Below the pieces are notes generated by a model. The model was not told the DNA's origin. It saw only the letters and a list, made by a program, of their open reading frames with translations, and ran no database searches. 64,000 bases of DNA from NCBI GenBank assembly GCA_042408215.1, contig JAYFMW010000019.1:1-64000 (forward strand). The letters are read 5' to 3'. Origin of the DNA: Microcoleus sp. GTDB lineage: Bacteria; Cyanobacteriota; Cyanobacteriia; Cyanobacteriales; Microcoleaceae. The position numbers and the translations under genes are program-made. Below are positions 49,147 through 60,500 of this stretch, piece after piece (the stretch's first letter is position 1; every line of letters starts with the position of its first letter).

Positions 49147-52100
49147 TTAGTCGGAGTTCGTCGGAATGTCTGTGTGAGATTCGATGACTGCTTCGGCTTC
49201 CAGGGCGATCGATCGCAATTTATCCAGTATATCCTGACTTGCCGACTGCCACAACCCCCGCTGACGAGCTTCTAACAATCTTTCCGCCATATCTCGCAGC
49301 GCCCAAGGATTGTTTGATTGAATAAATGCGTGCACTTTCTCATCAAAAATGTAAGCCTCCGCGATTCCTTCATACATAAAATCCTCAACACAATTAGCCG
49401 TAGCATCATAAGCAAACAAAAAATCAACAGTTGCTGCAATTTCAAACGCACCTTTATAACCATGTCGCATGGCCCCTTCAATCCATTTCGGATTCACAGC
49501 CCTGCTGCGATAAACTCGCGCAATTTCTTCCCGCAGTTGTCTAACTTTCGGATTCTCAGGAATTGAGTTATCTCCGAAATAAGTTTCAGGATTTTTGCCT
49601 TGCAAATTGCGAATTGCCGCAGTCATTCCGCCTTGGAATTGATAATAATCGTCGGAGTCTAAAATGTCGTGTTCGCGGTTGTCTTGGTTTTGCAGAACTA
49701 TTTGCATTTGGCTGAGGCGTTTGGTAAATGCTTCCGGTGCAGAACATCCCCATTCACGCCCCTTAAATTCACCCCCCCTAACCCCCCCTTGGTAAGGGGG
49801 GGGACAAGAATTTGAATTAGCCCCCCCTTGGTAAGGGGGGGTTGGGGGGGTAGGAGTGGAATTAGCCCCCCCTTGGTAAGGGGGGGTTGGGGGGGTATGA
49901 GTGGAATTAGCCCCCCCTTGGTAAGGGGGGGTTGGGGGGGTATGAGTGGAATTAGCCCCCCCTTGGTAAGGGGGGGTTGGGGGGGTATGAGTGGAATTAG
50001 CCCCCCCTTGGTAAGGGGGGGTTGGGGGGGTATGAGTGGAATTAGCCCCCCCTTGGTAAGGGGGGGTTGGGGGGGTATGAGTGGAATTAGCCCCCCCTTG
50101 GTAAGGGGGGGTTGGGGGGGTATGAGTGGAATTAGCCCCCCCTTGGTAAGGGGGGGTTGGGGGGGTATGAGTGGAATTAGCCCCCCCTTGATAAGGGGGG
50201 GTTGGGGGGGTATGAGTGGAATTAGCCCCCCCTTGGTAAGGGGGGGTTGGGGGGGTACTTGTATAGGCGTAACTGCTCCAATTAATGTAAGCTTTTGCTA
50301 AATCTCCGTCGTCTGTCCAGTTTTGAGCTTCAATGATGCCCTTGAAGTCCCGCGCCGTAAGCACCCGGTTTGGAACCAAATACTCTAAATTGCGATCGAA
50401 CTTCTGCATCTTCTCGACTCAAACCCGTCGTTTCCCAATATAGAATCTCTGCTTTAACTTGTGCTGCTAAAGGATTGCTTTCCGCAGGTTCATCTAAATC
50501 TGCCACAGCTTTTACCGCAGAATCAAACAAATCAATTAAATTAAAAAAAGCATCCCGAAAAAAGCCAGAAATTCGCAAAGTAACATCAACTCTGGGCCGC
50601 CCCAAAATAGAAACTGGCAAGATTTCAAAATCTACAACCCGGCGCGAAGGCCCATCCCAAACTGGTTGAACTCCGATCAATGCTAGGGCTTCTGCAATGT
50701 CGTCTCCTCCCGTCCGCATCGTGGATGTTCCCCACACTGACAAGCCCAAAGTTTTGGGATATTCGCCATTTTCTTGAGTGTATCTTTCGATTAAAGTTTC
50801 AGCAGCAACTCTCCCAACTCTCCAGGCGGTTTCTGTGGGAATGGCGCGGATATCTACTGAGTAAAAATTGCGACCGGTGGGTAATACATCGGGTCGGCCA
50901 CGGGTGGGCGCGCCGGATGCACCGCTGGGTATGTGGCGCCCATCTAACCCGCGCAAAAGGTTAGTAATTTCTTGGTTTGTTTGGAGGAGTGATGGTAAAA
51001 GATAGTTTTCTATCCAGTCTATTTCTGGTTGTGTTGCTTGTCCTATTTGGAGATTTTTAACCGCCGATTCACGCGGATTAACGCTGATGTTGTCGATGAT
51101 GTTGTCGATTAAGTTATCGACTAATTCTATGGCTTTTTCTTCGATTTCTGCTGTTAAATCGCCCGCTGTGCGGTGCTGAATTATGGAGGTGGGATGGGAG
51201 GTTAAGGGGTCGAAATCGTAGCCTGAGTCTTCTGCTAGGGCGCGGGTTAAGCCCGATCGCCCGTTGGTGGGATGGCGGGCGATCGCAATTATCAAATCTC
51301 TCAATTGTCGCCCTTGGGGGCACTGTCCGAAAATGTGCAATCCGTCGCGAATTTGGGACTCTTTTAGTTCGCAAAGATAGCCGTCTGTGCGGGTGATGAA
51401 TTCGGTAAATTCGGATTTATTGAGTTGTATTCCTAAGTCTTTGTCTAGGTTTTCCTTGTTGGTGAGGGCGACAATGCGATCGCGAATCATCGGTAATCGA
51501 GATGGATCTAAGCTTTGCGCTTCGCAATATTCGTCGATTAAGGCCTCTAACTGCTGCAAAGGCCCATAAAGTTCGGCGCGAGTCATCGGCGGTGTCAGGT
51601 GGTCGATTATCACGGCTTGCGATCGTCTTTTTGCCTGGGAACCCTCCCCCGGATCGTTGACAATAAAAGGATAAAAATTCGGCATCGCGCCTAATGCAAC
51701 TTCGGGATAACAATTGCTAGATAAAGCGACACTTTTACCGGGAAGCCATTCTAAATTACCATGTTTTCCGGCATGAATGATTGCCTGACTTCCAAATTTT
51801 TGGCGCAACCAATAATAGTAAGCTAGATAATTGTGAGTTGGTTCTAAATCCGGTGCGTGATAGTTCAAACTAGGGTCAATTTCGTATCCCCGCGATGGTT
51901 GAATTCCCACAAACACATTGCCAAATTGAATCCCCGGAATCGGAAACAGGTTCGCATCCATAAGTTCCGTCTTTTCCCCTGTCGCAAACCCCCATCTATT
52001 ACAGATTCCATCTTGGACTTGCGGCGGCAAAGTTGCAAAATACTCTTGATATTCTGCCAAATCCAAATATTGATTTACAGCCCGCAATTCCCGTCCTTCC

Positions 52101-54163
52101 GGGTCATTTGTCACGCCGGATGTTAGCATTTCAATTAACTCATTGCCACTGTTTGGAATGTTATCTACTTGATAACCATCTTCCTGCAAAGCTTTGAGGA
52201 TTTCCACACAGCTAGCGGGCGTATCCAAGCCGACACCGTTGGCTAATCTTGCGTTGCGGGTGGGATAATTTGCGAGAATTATGGCGATGCGTCTGTTGGT
52301 GGCGGGAGTTTGTTTTAGTTTTACCCAGTTTGTAGTTAAATCTGCTACAAATGAAATGCGATCGTCCGCAGCGACATAACCTACTACATCTGTTTCTAAG
52401 TCGCTATTCCAAGTCTGTACAGCCTTGAAAGAAACCGCCCTAGTAATGATTTTGCCATCTACTTCTGGCAAAGCTACATTCATCGCCACATCGCGCGGCG
52501 AAAGTCCTTGCAATTCACTTTCCCACTGTTCTAAACCGCCACCACTAAATATGGCTTGCAATACTGGAACATCTAATAATTTTAAGGTATTTTGTTCTGG
52601 TTCTGGACTGTTGAAACCGGAGATTGCAAAACTTGTCGTGTTCAGCAATAATTGAATTGGTTCAGCGTCTTTTGGTTGGAAATATTCTATCAATTCCACT
52701 TGCAAATCTGGTTCTCGCAAAGAAGACACAAACACGGGAACGGGTACTAAGTTTCGCTCTGATAAAGCTTGACAAAGCGCATCAATTGGTGCTAGGTTTC
52801 CTGATAAATAATGAGCGCGATAAAACAAGATTCCCACCGTAGGGGCGGTGCCCCCGTGCCCGCCCTCTTCCTGTCCTTTAGCATCGGTTTCTACCCCCGG
52901 AGATCCCCCCCAGCCCCCCTTAATAAGGGGGGAGCAAGAAGTGGTCAAAGTCCCCCTTGTTAAGGGGGATTTAGGGGGATCGGAATCGGGAATCAAAGTC
53001 CCCCTTGTTAAGGGGGATTTAGGGGGATCGAAATCAGGAATCAAAGTCCCCCTTGTTAAGGGGGATTTAGGGGGATCGAAATCAGGAATCAAAGTCCCCC
53101 TTCTTAAGGGGGATTTAGGGGGATCGGAATCAGGAATCAAAGTCCCCCTTCTTAAGGGGGATTTAGGGGGATCTAAATCGGTTTGTAAACCCGGAGATCC
53201 CCCCCAGCCCCCCTTAATAAGGGGGGAGCAAGAAGTGGTCAAAGTCCCCCTTGTTAAGGGGGATTTAGGGGGATCGGAATCAGGAATCAAAGTCCCCCTT
53301 GTTAAGGGGGATTTAGGGGGATCGAAATCAGGAATCAAAGTCCCCCTTGTTAAGGGGGATTTAGGGGGATCGGAATCAGGAATCAAAGTCCCCCTTCTTA
53401 AGGGGGATTTAGGGGGATCGAAATCAGGCATCAAAGTCCCCCTTCTTAAGGGGGATTTAGGGGGATCTAAATCGGTTTGTAAACCCGGAGATCCCCCCCA
53501 GCCCCCCTTAATAAGGGGGGAGCCAGAAGTTGTCAAAGTCCCCCTTCTTAAGGGGGATTTAGGGGGATCGAAATCAGGTGGTAAAGTTCCAAAACCAGCC
53601 CTCGCATTTCCTCCCCATTCATAAATTCCGACGCGGGAAACTGTTTGAGGTAAAGGTGGATTGTAGGCAGTTTTGAGACAAGTATCTGCCGCAAATTTTA
53701 GGGCATTAACAAAGTTTTGGACTCCGCCTTCTGTGAAGTAGCGCCACAGTTGATTGACTGCTGATAGCGATATATTTGAATGACTGATTAAATCGGGATC
53801 TGGACTGTCATCACCGGGCATTACAATCAGTTTAGCTTGAGTTTTTTCCGCCGTTTCCCGCAGAGTTTCTAACCCATAAGACCAATAGGAACGCCCTCCT
53901 AACAGCCTTAAAATTATTACCTGCGCGTGTTCTAAAATTTCCTCGGCGTAGGTATCAATGGTTAGTTGTTGCTGCAATTGGAGGAGATTCACCGCGCGGA
54001 GTTTGGGGAATTCTGCTGGTAGTTTTGATGCAGCCGCCGCGAGAGTTTGAATATCTGTGTCAGCGGCACTAATAAAGACTATTGGTGCGGGGGTTTGTTG
54101 GATGAATATTACTCCTTCGGCTTGGGGGTTCCAGCCTCCTGGTGTTGCTGCTATTTTGTGCAT
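49147..54163 (-). CDS. cobN: cobaltochelatase subunit CobN, frameshifted near 50340 and carrying large in-frame repeat insertions
   Basis: MHKIAATPGGW, GKHGNLEWLPGK, PTGRNFY, RPRVDVT.RISGFFRD, NQDNREHD, NPKWI. An extra base in CCC 50339-50341 breaks GAGLQG/IIEAQNW. Confidence 0.92.
49770..50257. repeat. about 10 x 45-bp tandem palindromic repeat, in frame in cobN (TPPTPPYQGGANSTH)
   Basis: Unit GTGGAATTAGCCCCCCCTTGGTAAGGGGGGGTTGGGGGGGTATGA plus one inverted terminal copy. Confidence 0.95.
52838..53580. repeat. hierarchical 48-bp palindromic repeat array plus REP, in frame in cobN
   Basis: 11 PPKSPL(R/T)RGTL units and 3 inverted SPLIKGGWGGSP units arranged 1+1, 5+1, 5+1; GTAGGGGCGGTGCCCCCGTGCCCGCCC REP at 52838. 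Confidence 0.95.
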
Positions 54164-54335
54164 TAATTTTTAGTTTATGTTGATCAATAGTGAGAGTAAT
54201 TGCGATGGTCTTTATTAGTATAACATGACTTATATCAAATTTGGTTGTACCGGAATATTTTAACCACAGAGGGCGCAGAGTACGCAGAGGAAGAGAAGAG
54301 AGAGATGGATGTTTTTCTGTTTCCGAGGTTTTAAT

Positions 54336-55196
54336 CTATAAACTGATAACGAACACTCCGAAAATCATGATTGCTGCGCCTAGTAATCTTTGTTGAATAT
54401 CTTTTTCCTTGAAAATAAAGTGGCCGAATAATACACCCATTAATACGCTAGTACGTTTAATTGCTATCACTTGTACTACCAAAGTTAATGTCAAAGCTTG
54501 CATTTGACAAAGCACTCCTATAGCATTGAAAAATCCCATAGCTGCTAGCATTGGTAATTGTTTGAGGATTTTTCGGCTGGGATTTGGGGTTTTGTGCAAT
54601 AACATTGGCAGTAGCAAGATACTCATTGTACCAAACAAAGAGAATAGCCAAAAAATCGGGGATGAATTTTTAACTCCTATTTTGTCAAAGTTTGAGGTGA
54701 TACTCCAGAGAAATGCTACAATTAACATCATTTTTGGCCCTGGTTCCTTCAGCAGTGCTTTGAATGGGGCTAAATATCCTTGCGATTTCTCTTTGATATT
54801 TAGTAAGTAAGAGCCTGTTACGATTAGCAAAATGCCAATATAATCAAAAAATTTGGGATATTCACCGACAATTAATGGTGAAGTTAGCAACATGAATAAG
54901 GGGGTCAACGCTACCAGCGGTACTGTCAGGGATAAATCTGATACTTTGATGGCTTTGATGTAGAGTATGGCTGTGACAGCGTTGATGCTACCTCCGATTA
55001 ATAGGGCGATCCAAAATTGAGTGTTTAATGCCGGAATTCCTGTAGAAATTACCCAGGGAGTTAAAAAGATGACCGAAAAGAATGCGAGGGACCAAGCGAC
55101 TACATATTCGTCACTTTTTTTGAGATTTTGCTTGCCAAAAACGTCTTTAAGTGCTTCAAAGAAAGCGGTAAAGATTCCTAAAATTAACCAAGTCAA
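54336..55196 (-). CDS. EamA/DMT family transporter
   Basis: About 10 TM helices in two EamA repeats; overlaps livF stop. Confidence 0.88.
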   Translation of the reverse strand: MTWLILGIFTAFFEALKDVFGKQNLKKSDEYVVAWSLAFFSVIFLTPWVISTGIPALNTQFWIALLIGGSINAVTAILYIKAIKVSDLSLTVPLVALTPLFMLLTSPLIVGEYPKFFDYIGILLIVTGSYLLNIKEKSQGYLAPFKALLKEPGPKMMLIVAFLWSITSNFDKIGVKNSSPIFWLFSLFGTMSILLLPMLLHKTPNPSRKILKQLPMLAAMGFFNAIGVLCQMQALTLTLVVQVIAIKRTSVLMGVLFGHFIFKEKDIQQRLLGAAIMIFGVFVISL

Positions 55197-55930
55197 CCTA
55201 AGTATGCCCTCCTGACTCGCTCGTCGTTGAGCAAATCTGATCCAATGCCTGTCAGAGTTATGTTACCAGCTTCTAGCACGTAACCTCGATCGGCAATTTG
55301 CAATGCTAAACTGGCGTTTTGTTCGACTAACAAAATTGTAACCCCCGTGGAGCGCAGATTTTGAATAATCCCAAAGATTTCTTTGACTATGGCTGGCGCT
55401 AAACCTAAACTGGGTTCGTCTAATAGTAGCAGTTTTGGGCGCGACATCAACGCGCGGGCGATCGCCAACATTTGCTGTTCCCCGCCACTCAGGGTTCCCG
55501 ATAATTGATGGCGGCGTTCTGCTAACCTGGGAAATAGTTTAAATTGGTAGTCTAAATCTGCTTTGATTTCTGCTGTTTGCGATCGCACATAGGCCCCTAA
55601 TTCCAAGTTTGTCAACACCGTTTGCTGCGCCAAAACCCTCCTCCCTTCTGGGCTGTGGGCTATTCCGAGTTTGACAACTTCGTGAGGGAGGCGGCGGGTA
55701 ATATCGCGCCCGTTATAGATAATTTGTCCTTGGTGTAGATTAACTATTTTGGAAATAGCCCTGAGTGTGGTACTTTTGCCGGCACCATTCGCACCGATGA
55801 GGCTGACGACTTCGCCTGCATTTATGATTAAATTAATATTTTGTAAAGCTTGAATTCCGCCGTAATTTACTGAAAGATTCTTGAGTTCTAAGAGGATGTT
55901 TTTGGTGGTTTTGGGTGGGCTATTGTGCAT
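55193..55930 (-). CDS. livF: branched-chain amino acid ABC ATP-binding protein
   Basis: GANGAGKST, PEGRRV, LSGGEQQMLA, LLDEPSLGLAP, YLG end; start placed at ATG 55930. Confidence 0.93.
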   Translation of the reverse strand: MHNSPPKTTKNILLELKNLSVNYGGIQALQNINLIINAGEVVSLIGANGAGKSTTLRAISKIVNLHQGQIIYNGRDITRRLPHEVVKLGIAHSPEGRRVLAQQTVLTNLELGAYVRSQTAEIKADLDYQFKLFPRLAERRHQLSGTLSGGEQQMLAIARALMSRPKLLLLDEPSLGLAPAIVKEIFGIIQNLRSTGVTILLVEQNASLALQIADRGYVLEAGNITLTGIGSDLLNDERVRRAYLG

Positions 55931-56173
55931 TTTATGTGACTTGGATTGTTGATGAAAAAACGTCTCTTTTCTAGCAGTTTTTTGGTCGTGAGTCCGATAG
56001 TCCGACAGGGGTTGAAACCCCTGTCTCATAGCTAAAGTCCTCTTAAGAGGACTGGGAGATACATTTAATACTAATTATTACTCTTAGTCCGCGGAGGCGG
56101 ACATTGTTTGTGTAGCCGCGATTTCCAATCGCCGGGTTCCAATCGCCGGTTTCCAATCGCCGGGTTTTCTGAG

Positions 56174-56986
56174 TTATTTTTCATCTCCCAAATAAGCTTC
56201 AATTACAGCAGGATCATTCCTGACAATAGCAGGTTCTCCCAAGGCAATTAGCTGACCAAAATGCAGCACGGCAATTCGATCGCACAATCCCATCACCAGC
56301 GGTACGTGATGCTCGATCAATATTACAGTTAAATTGAACTTTTGGCGCACTTCTCGGATAAAGTCACTTAATTTGTGCTTTTCATTCGGATTCATCCCCG
56401 CCGCCGGTTCATCTAACAGCAATATTTGCGGTTCTAGGGCTAAAGCACGGGCAATTTCTAAACGTCTTTGGTCGCCGTAGGACAAGTTTTTGGCTTGTTC
56501 GTCTGCCCGATCGCCCAATCCGACCAATTCCAACAATTCCAACGCTTTCTCGCGGGTTTGGCGCTCCATTGCGTTCGCTGCTGGTAACGCAAATATGCCC
56601 GCTAGCAGTGATAAAACGGGATTGTGCGATCGGCTGTGGATATGTCGCGCGATCGCCACGTTTTCACTAACAGAAAGTTCCCCAAACAACCGGATATTTT
56701 GAAAAGTTCTGGCAATCCCTTTATTGGCAATTTGATAAGGTTTCAATTGAGAAATATTTTCATCTTGATAAATCAGATTGCCGCTAGAAGCAGGTATCAA
56801 TCCAGTCATTACATTAAATAGGGTAGTCTTGCCCGCGCCGTTAGGGCCGATCAGTCCAAATATCTCGTCTTTTTCAACTGTAAAAGATACGTCGTTGACG
56901 GCAATTAAACCACCAAAGCGACGAGTTAATCCTTTGGCGGCTAAAACAGGATTGGTTTTTGAGAAGGTCAGGGTTTCGGAACTCAT
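56174..56986 (-). CDS. livG: branched-chain amino acid ABC ATP-binding protein
   Basis: [45 protein letters not shown]; start placed at ATG 56986. Confidence 0.93.
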   Translation of the reverse strand: MSSETLTFSKTNPVLAAKGLTRRFGGLIAVNDVSFTVEKDEIFGLIGPNGAGKTTLFNVMTGLIPASSGNLIYQDENISQLKPYQIANKGIARTFQNIRLFGELSVSENVAIARHIHSRSHNPVLSLLAGIFALPAANAMERQTREKALELLELVGLGDRADEQAKNLSYGDQRRLEIARALALEPQILLLDEPAAGMNPNEKHKLSDFIREVRQKFNLTVILIEHHVPLVMGLCDRIAVLHFGQLIALGEPAIVRNDPAVIEAYLGDEK

Positions 56987-57008
56987 AAACAAATGATAAA
57001 ATATAAGA

Positions 57009-57134
57009 TATAGCAATCCTAAATCATTTGTACAAATATGTAGGGGTAGTGCCCCCGTGCCTACCCCAGCCAAAACGGGCAACCACGGGGGATTGCCCCT
57101 ACAATAATTACGCAAATGATTTAGGATTGCTATA
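57009..57134. mobile_element. MITE with 22-bp perfect TIRs (including flanking TA) enclosing a REP pair
   Basis: TATAGCAATCCTAAATCATTTG ... CAAATGATTTAGGATTGCTATA; inner GTAGGGG...CCCCTAC. Confidence 0.8.
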
Positions 57135-57141
57135 TCTAATT

Positions 57142-57405
57142 ATGCCTCAAATTATGGATGCTCAAAAACTCTTAGAACGAATCACCGTAAATCCCCAAAT
57201 ATTTAACGGAAAACCGATTATTCGGGGTCGCCGTCTGGCGGTTGAGCACATTCTAGGAATGTTAGCCGCTGGCGACACTCCTGAAACGATTCTCGAAGGC
57301 TATCCCTGGCTAGAAAGAGAAGATATTCAGGCTTGTCTAGTTTATGCCCACCGACTGGTTAGTCACGAGCGAGTCGAACCTCTCTTGGTGGAAGCTGGCA
57401 AATGA
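57142..57405 (+). CDS. DUF433 family putative antitoxin
   Basis: ERITVNPQIFNGKPIIRGRRL.V...L..LAAG......YP.LE.EDI.ACL.YA. Confidence 0.9.
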   Translation: MPQIMDAQKLLERITVNPQIFNGKPIIRGRRLAVEHILGMLAAGDTPETILEGYPWLEREDIQACLVYAHRLVSHERVEPLLVEAGK

Positions 57406-57417
57406 AAATATAAACTC

Positions 57418-57489
57418 ATGCGAGAAATCCGATGCAATGCCTGTGGTAGCAACCGCTATGAGGAACGTAAAATCAATTACCTTTTTTAG
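57418..57489 (+). pseudogene. truncated YgiT/MqsA-type Zn-finger remnant
   Basis: MREIRCNACGSNRYEERKINYLF*, only the first CxxC present. Confidence 0.4.
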
Positions 57490-57581
57490 ATTGCCCGGAG
57501 TCCTGAAACCAGTTTGATGAGAATGTAAACACAATTATTCATATAGCTGATACGGCTCATCACACACAAGGATTCTAGCCC

Positions 57582-60500
57582 ATGACGAAGCACTACCGAC
57601 AAAGATTAATTACCGTAATTGCCCTCTCGTTTCTATCTTTCACATCGCCTTTGCTGTTGATTCGCAATGCTAGGGCTGGAATTGTGTACGAACCCACAGC
57701 TAACCCCAAAGAGATTGCCTCCCTCATCGAGAAGTTAAAGACTAACGATGAAAGGGAACTTGATACAGCTATTGAGAAGTTAGGAAAAATAGGTGAACCA
57801 GCCATCCCGGCTTTGAGTGAAGCTTTGCGCGATCAGAATTTGCTAGTCCGCCGGAGTGCTGCCCAGGTTCTCGCAAAAATTGGCCATCCTGCTATTCCTG
57901 ACCTTGCTAAAGCTTTGAACAACCCCGATGCAGGTGTGCGTAGCAGCGCAGCCTCTGCTTTGGGGGGTATCGGTCCAGAAGCTAAAACTGCTGTGCCGAA
58001 GCTAATTTTCCTACTTAAAGACCGCGAGGCAAATGTGCGTGGCAGTGCAGCCTCTGCTTTGGGGAGTATCGGTCCAGAAGCTAAAACTGCTGCGCGGCCG
58101 CTAGTTCCCCTGCTTAAAGACCGCGAGGCAAGTGTGCGTAGCAGTGCAGCCTATGCTTTGGATAGAATTGGTGCAGAAGCTAAAGATGCTGTGCAAGATC
58201 TCGTTCCCCTGCTTAAAGACTCCGATGTAGGTGTGCGTAGAGATGCAGCCTATGCTTTGGGGAGAATTGGTGCAGAAGCTAAAACTGCTGTGCCACAGCT
58301 AGTTCGACTGCTTACAAACTCCGATGTAGGTGTGCGTAGGACTGCAACCTATGCTTTGGAGGGAATCGGTGCAGAAGCTAAAGCTGCTGTGCCACAGTTA
58401 ATTGCCCTGCTTAAAGAAGACTCCGATGCCAATGTGCGTAGGAATGCAGCCTATGCCTTGGGGAATATCGGTGCAGAAGCTAAAGATGCTGTGCCACAGC
58501 TAATTCTTCTGCTTAACAACTCGGATGCAAATTTGCGCGGCAGTGCAGCTTATGCCTTGGGGGATATCGGTGCCAAAACTATTGTGCCGAAACTAATTCC
58601 CCTGCTTAACAACTCAGATCCAACTAATGATGCAAATGTGCGTTGGAGAGCAGTCTATGCTTTGGGGAAAATGGGTGCAGAAGCTAAAATTGCTGTTCCA
58701 CAGCTAATTCTCCGGCTTAAAGACTCAGATGCAAATGTGCGTAGCAGTGCCGCCAATGTCTTGGGGGGTATCGGTGCAGAAGCTAAAGATGCTGTGCCAC
58801 AGCTAATTCTTCTGCTTAAAGACTCCAATGTAAATGTGCGTAGCAGTGCGGTCTCTGCTTTGAAGAGTATTGGTGCAGAAACTAAAACTGTTGTGCCAGA
58901 GTTAGTTGGCCAGCTTAAAGACTCCGATACAAATGTGCGTAGCAGTGCAGCCTCTGCTTTGGAGAGTATTGCTCTTAGCCTTCAAGAAAAAGCAAAGACG
59001 CTAACTTCACCGGAGTTAAATCAGGCTGTATCAAACTTAGAATCAGCCTTGAAAGTTTTGGCAGAACATAAAGATGATTTCTCACAATCAACGATCGCAA
59101 ATCTCCGCCTATACATCACTGTTCTCAAAGCCGAAAAAAACGATCGCCTATTCGTAAAATCAATCATCCAAAATCCCTACATCTGGGGAACCGGAATTTA
59201 CTTATTTTTACTCTGCGGAACCTTTGCCATCCGCCCATTGTGGCTGCTAAAAATCTACGAAACCTTAAAACCGATCGGCTTCAAAATACCAGTTCTCGGC
59301 ACAGATGTATCCCTCGGCAACTTGATATTTTTCAAATACCATCCCAGAGTTCTTGATGCTTGGGTGACAGCACATATCCAAGCCACACGAGAGGAATTTC
59401 AGAACCGGAAAACAGTGCGCGATCGCAAAATTTTCGTTCCCATCCCCGTCATCCTTGATAACAACACTATTGCAACTTTGAAAGGCCAATATTTGCAGCC
59501 CACATTTGCTAAAAAGCGCGGTTGTTTGTTGATTTGGGAAGAAGGGGGAGCCGGGAAAACCAGTTTAGCTTGTCAGATTGGCAAATGGGCGATGTCGGAT
59601 CATCCTGAAGAACGCATTTGCAGTCATCGAATGCTGCCAGTTCTGATCGAAGAGGAACTAAAAGTAGCCGAAGGCAAACAGCCATTCATCGAAGCAATTC
59701 GCGGTCAATTGCAAGATTTAAACGATACTACCGAGGCGATTTCTGAAGAGTTATTAGAACAGTTGCTTAAACAGCGGCGCATCCTAGTCATCGTCGATCA
59801 CTTCTCAGAAATGAGCGAACAGACACGAACAGCAATTAAACCGGAAATGCCAGACTTTCCCGTTAATGCTTTGCTCGTAACTTCGCGGCTGGAAGAACCT
59901 TTAGGTCTAGTCACCAAGACAGCAATCAAACCCCTACGCATTGCTGGAAATCGACTGTCATCGTTCATGGAAAGCTATCTCAACCAACGGCAAAAGCGCG
60001 ACTTATTCAGCGACACAGAATTTTTCAATGCCTGTATCCAACTATCAACAATAGCTGGCGACAGAAACATCACCGTTTTGCTAGCCAAACTCTATGCCGA
60101 CCAACTGATTACCAAGAAAGAAGGCACAACAGACGGCAATTTACCGGATAATATTGCTGAGTTAATGCTGCACTACTTAAATCAACTCAACCGCAGCGTA
60201 ACAGAGAATAAATTGAGCGATGCCACCGTCCACAAAGATGCTAAAATCATAGCCTGGGAATGCCTGAAACAAACCTATCGCCCCGCAGCCGCCAACCGTC
60301 AAAATGCGATAGATGCTCTGGGTGGAGAGAATGCAGAATCGCGAATCAAGTATTTAGAAGACAAACTCAGAATCATCCAAACAAAAGGTGTATCCCACGA
60401 CCAAATTCACTTTGCTTTAGATCCGGTAGCAGAGTATTTAGCCGCGTTGCATTTGCTAGATATTAACGGCACTGATGAGAGTAAATGGCAAGATTTTTTG

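Noticed and set aside
49770..53580. cobN repeat arrays as CRISPR arrays
   Set aside because: Units are contiguous with no unique spacers, lie in frame inside a CDS, and no cas genes are present
49770..53580. cobN insertions as inteins or introns
   Set aside because: No C/S...HN splice motifs, endonuclease or RT; the sequence is pure tandem palindrome
52848..53624. Antisense ORFs 52848-53624 and 49828-50301 as genes
   Set aside because: Open only because the palindromic repeats lack stops; they are shadows of cobN
54164..54335. Cobalamin riboswitch upstream of cobN
   Set aside because: No B12-box or GGGAA core recognised; the region holds a dispersed repeat
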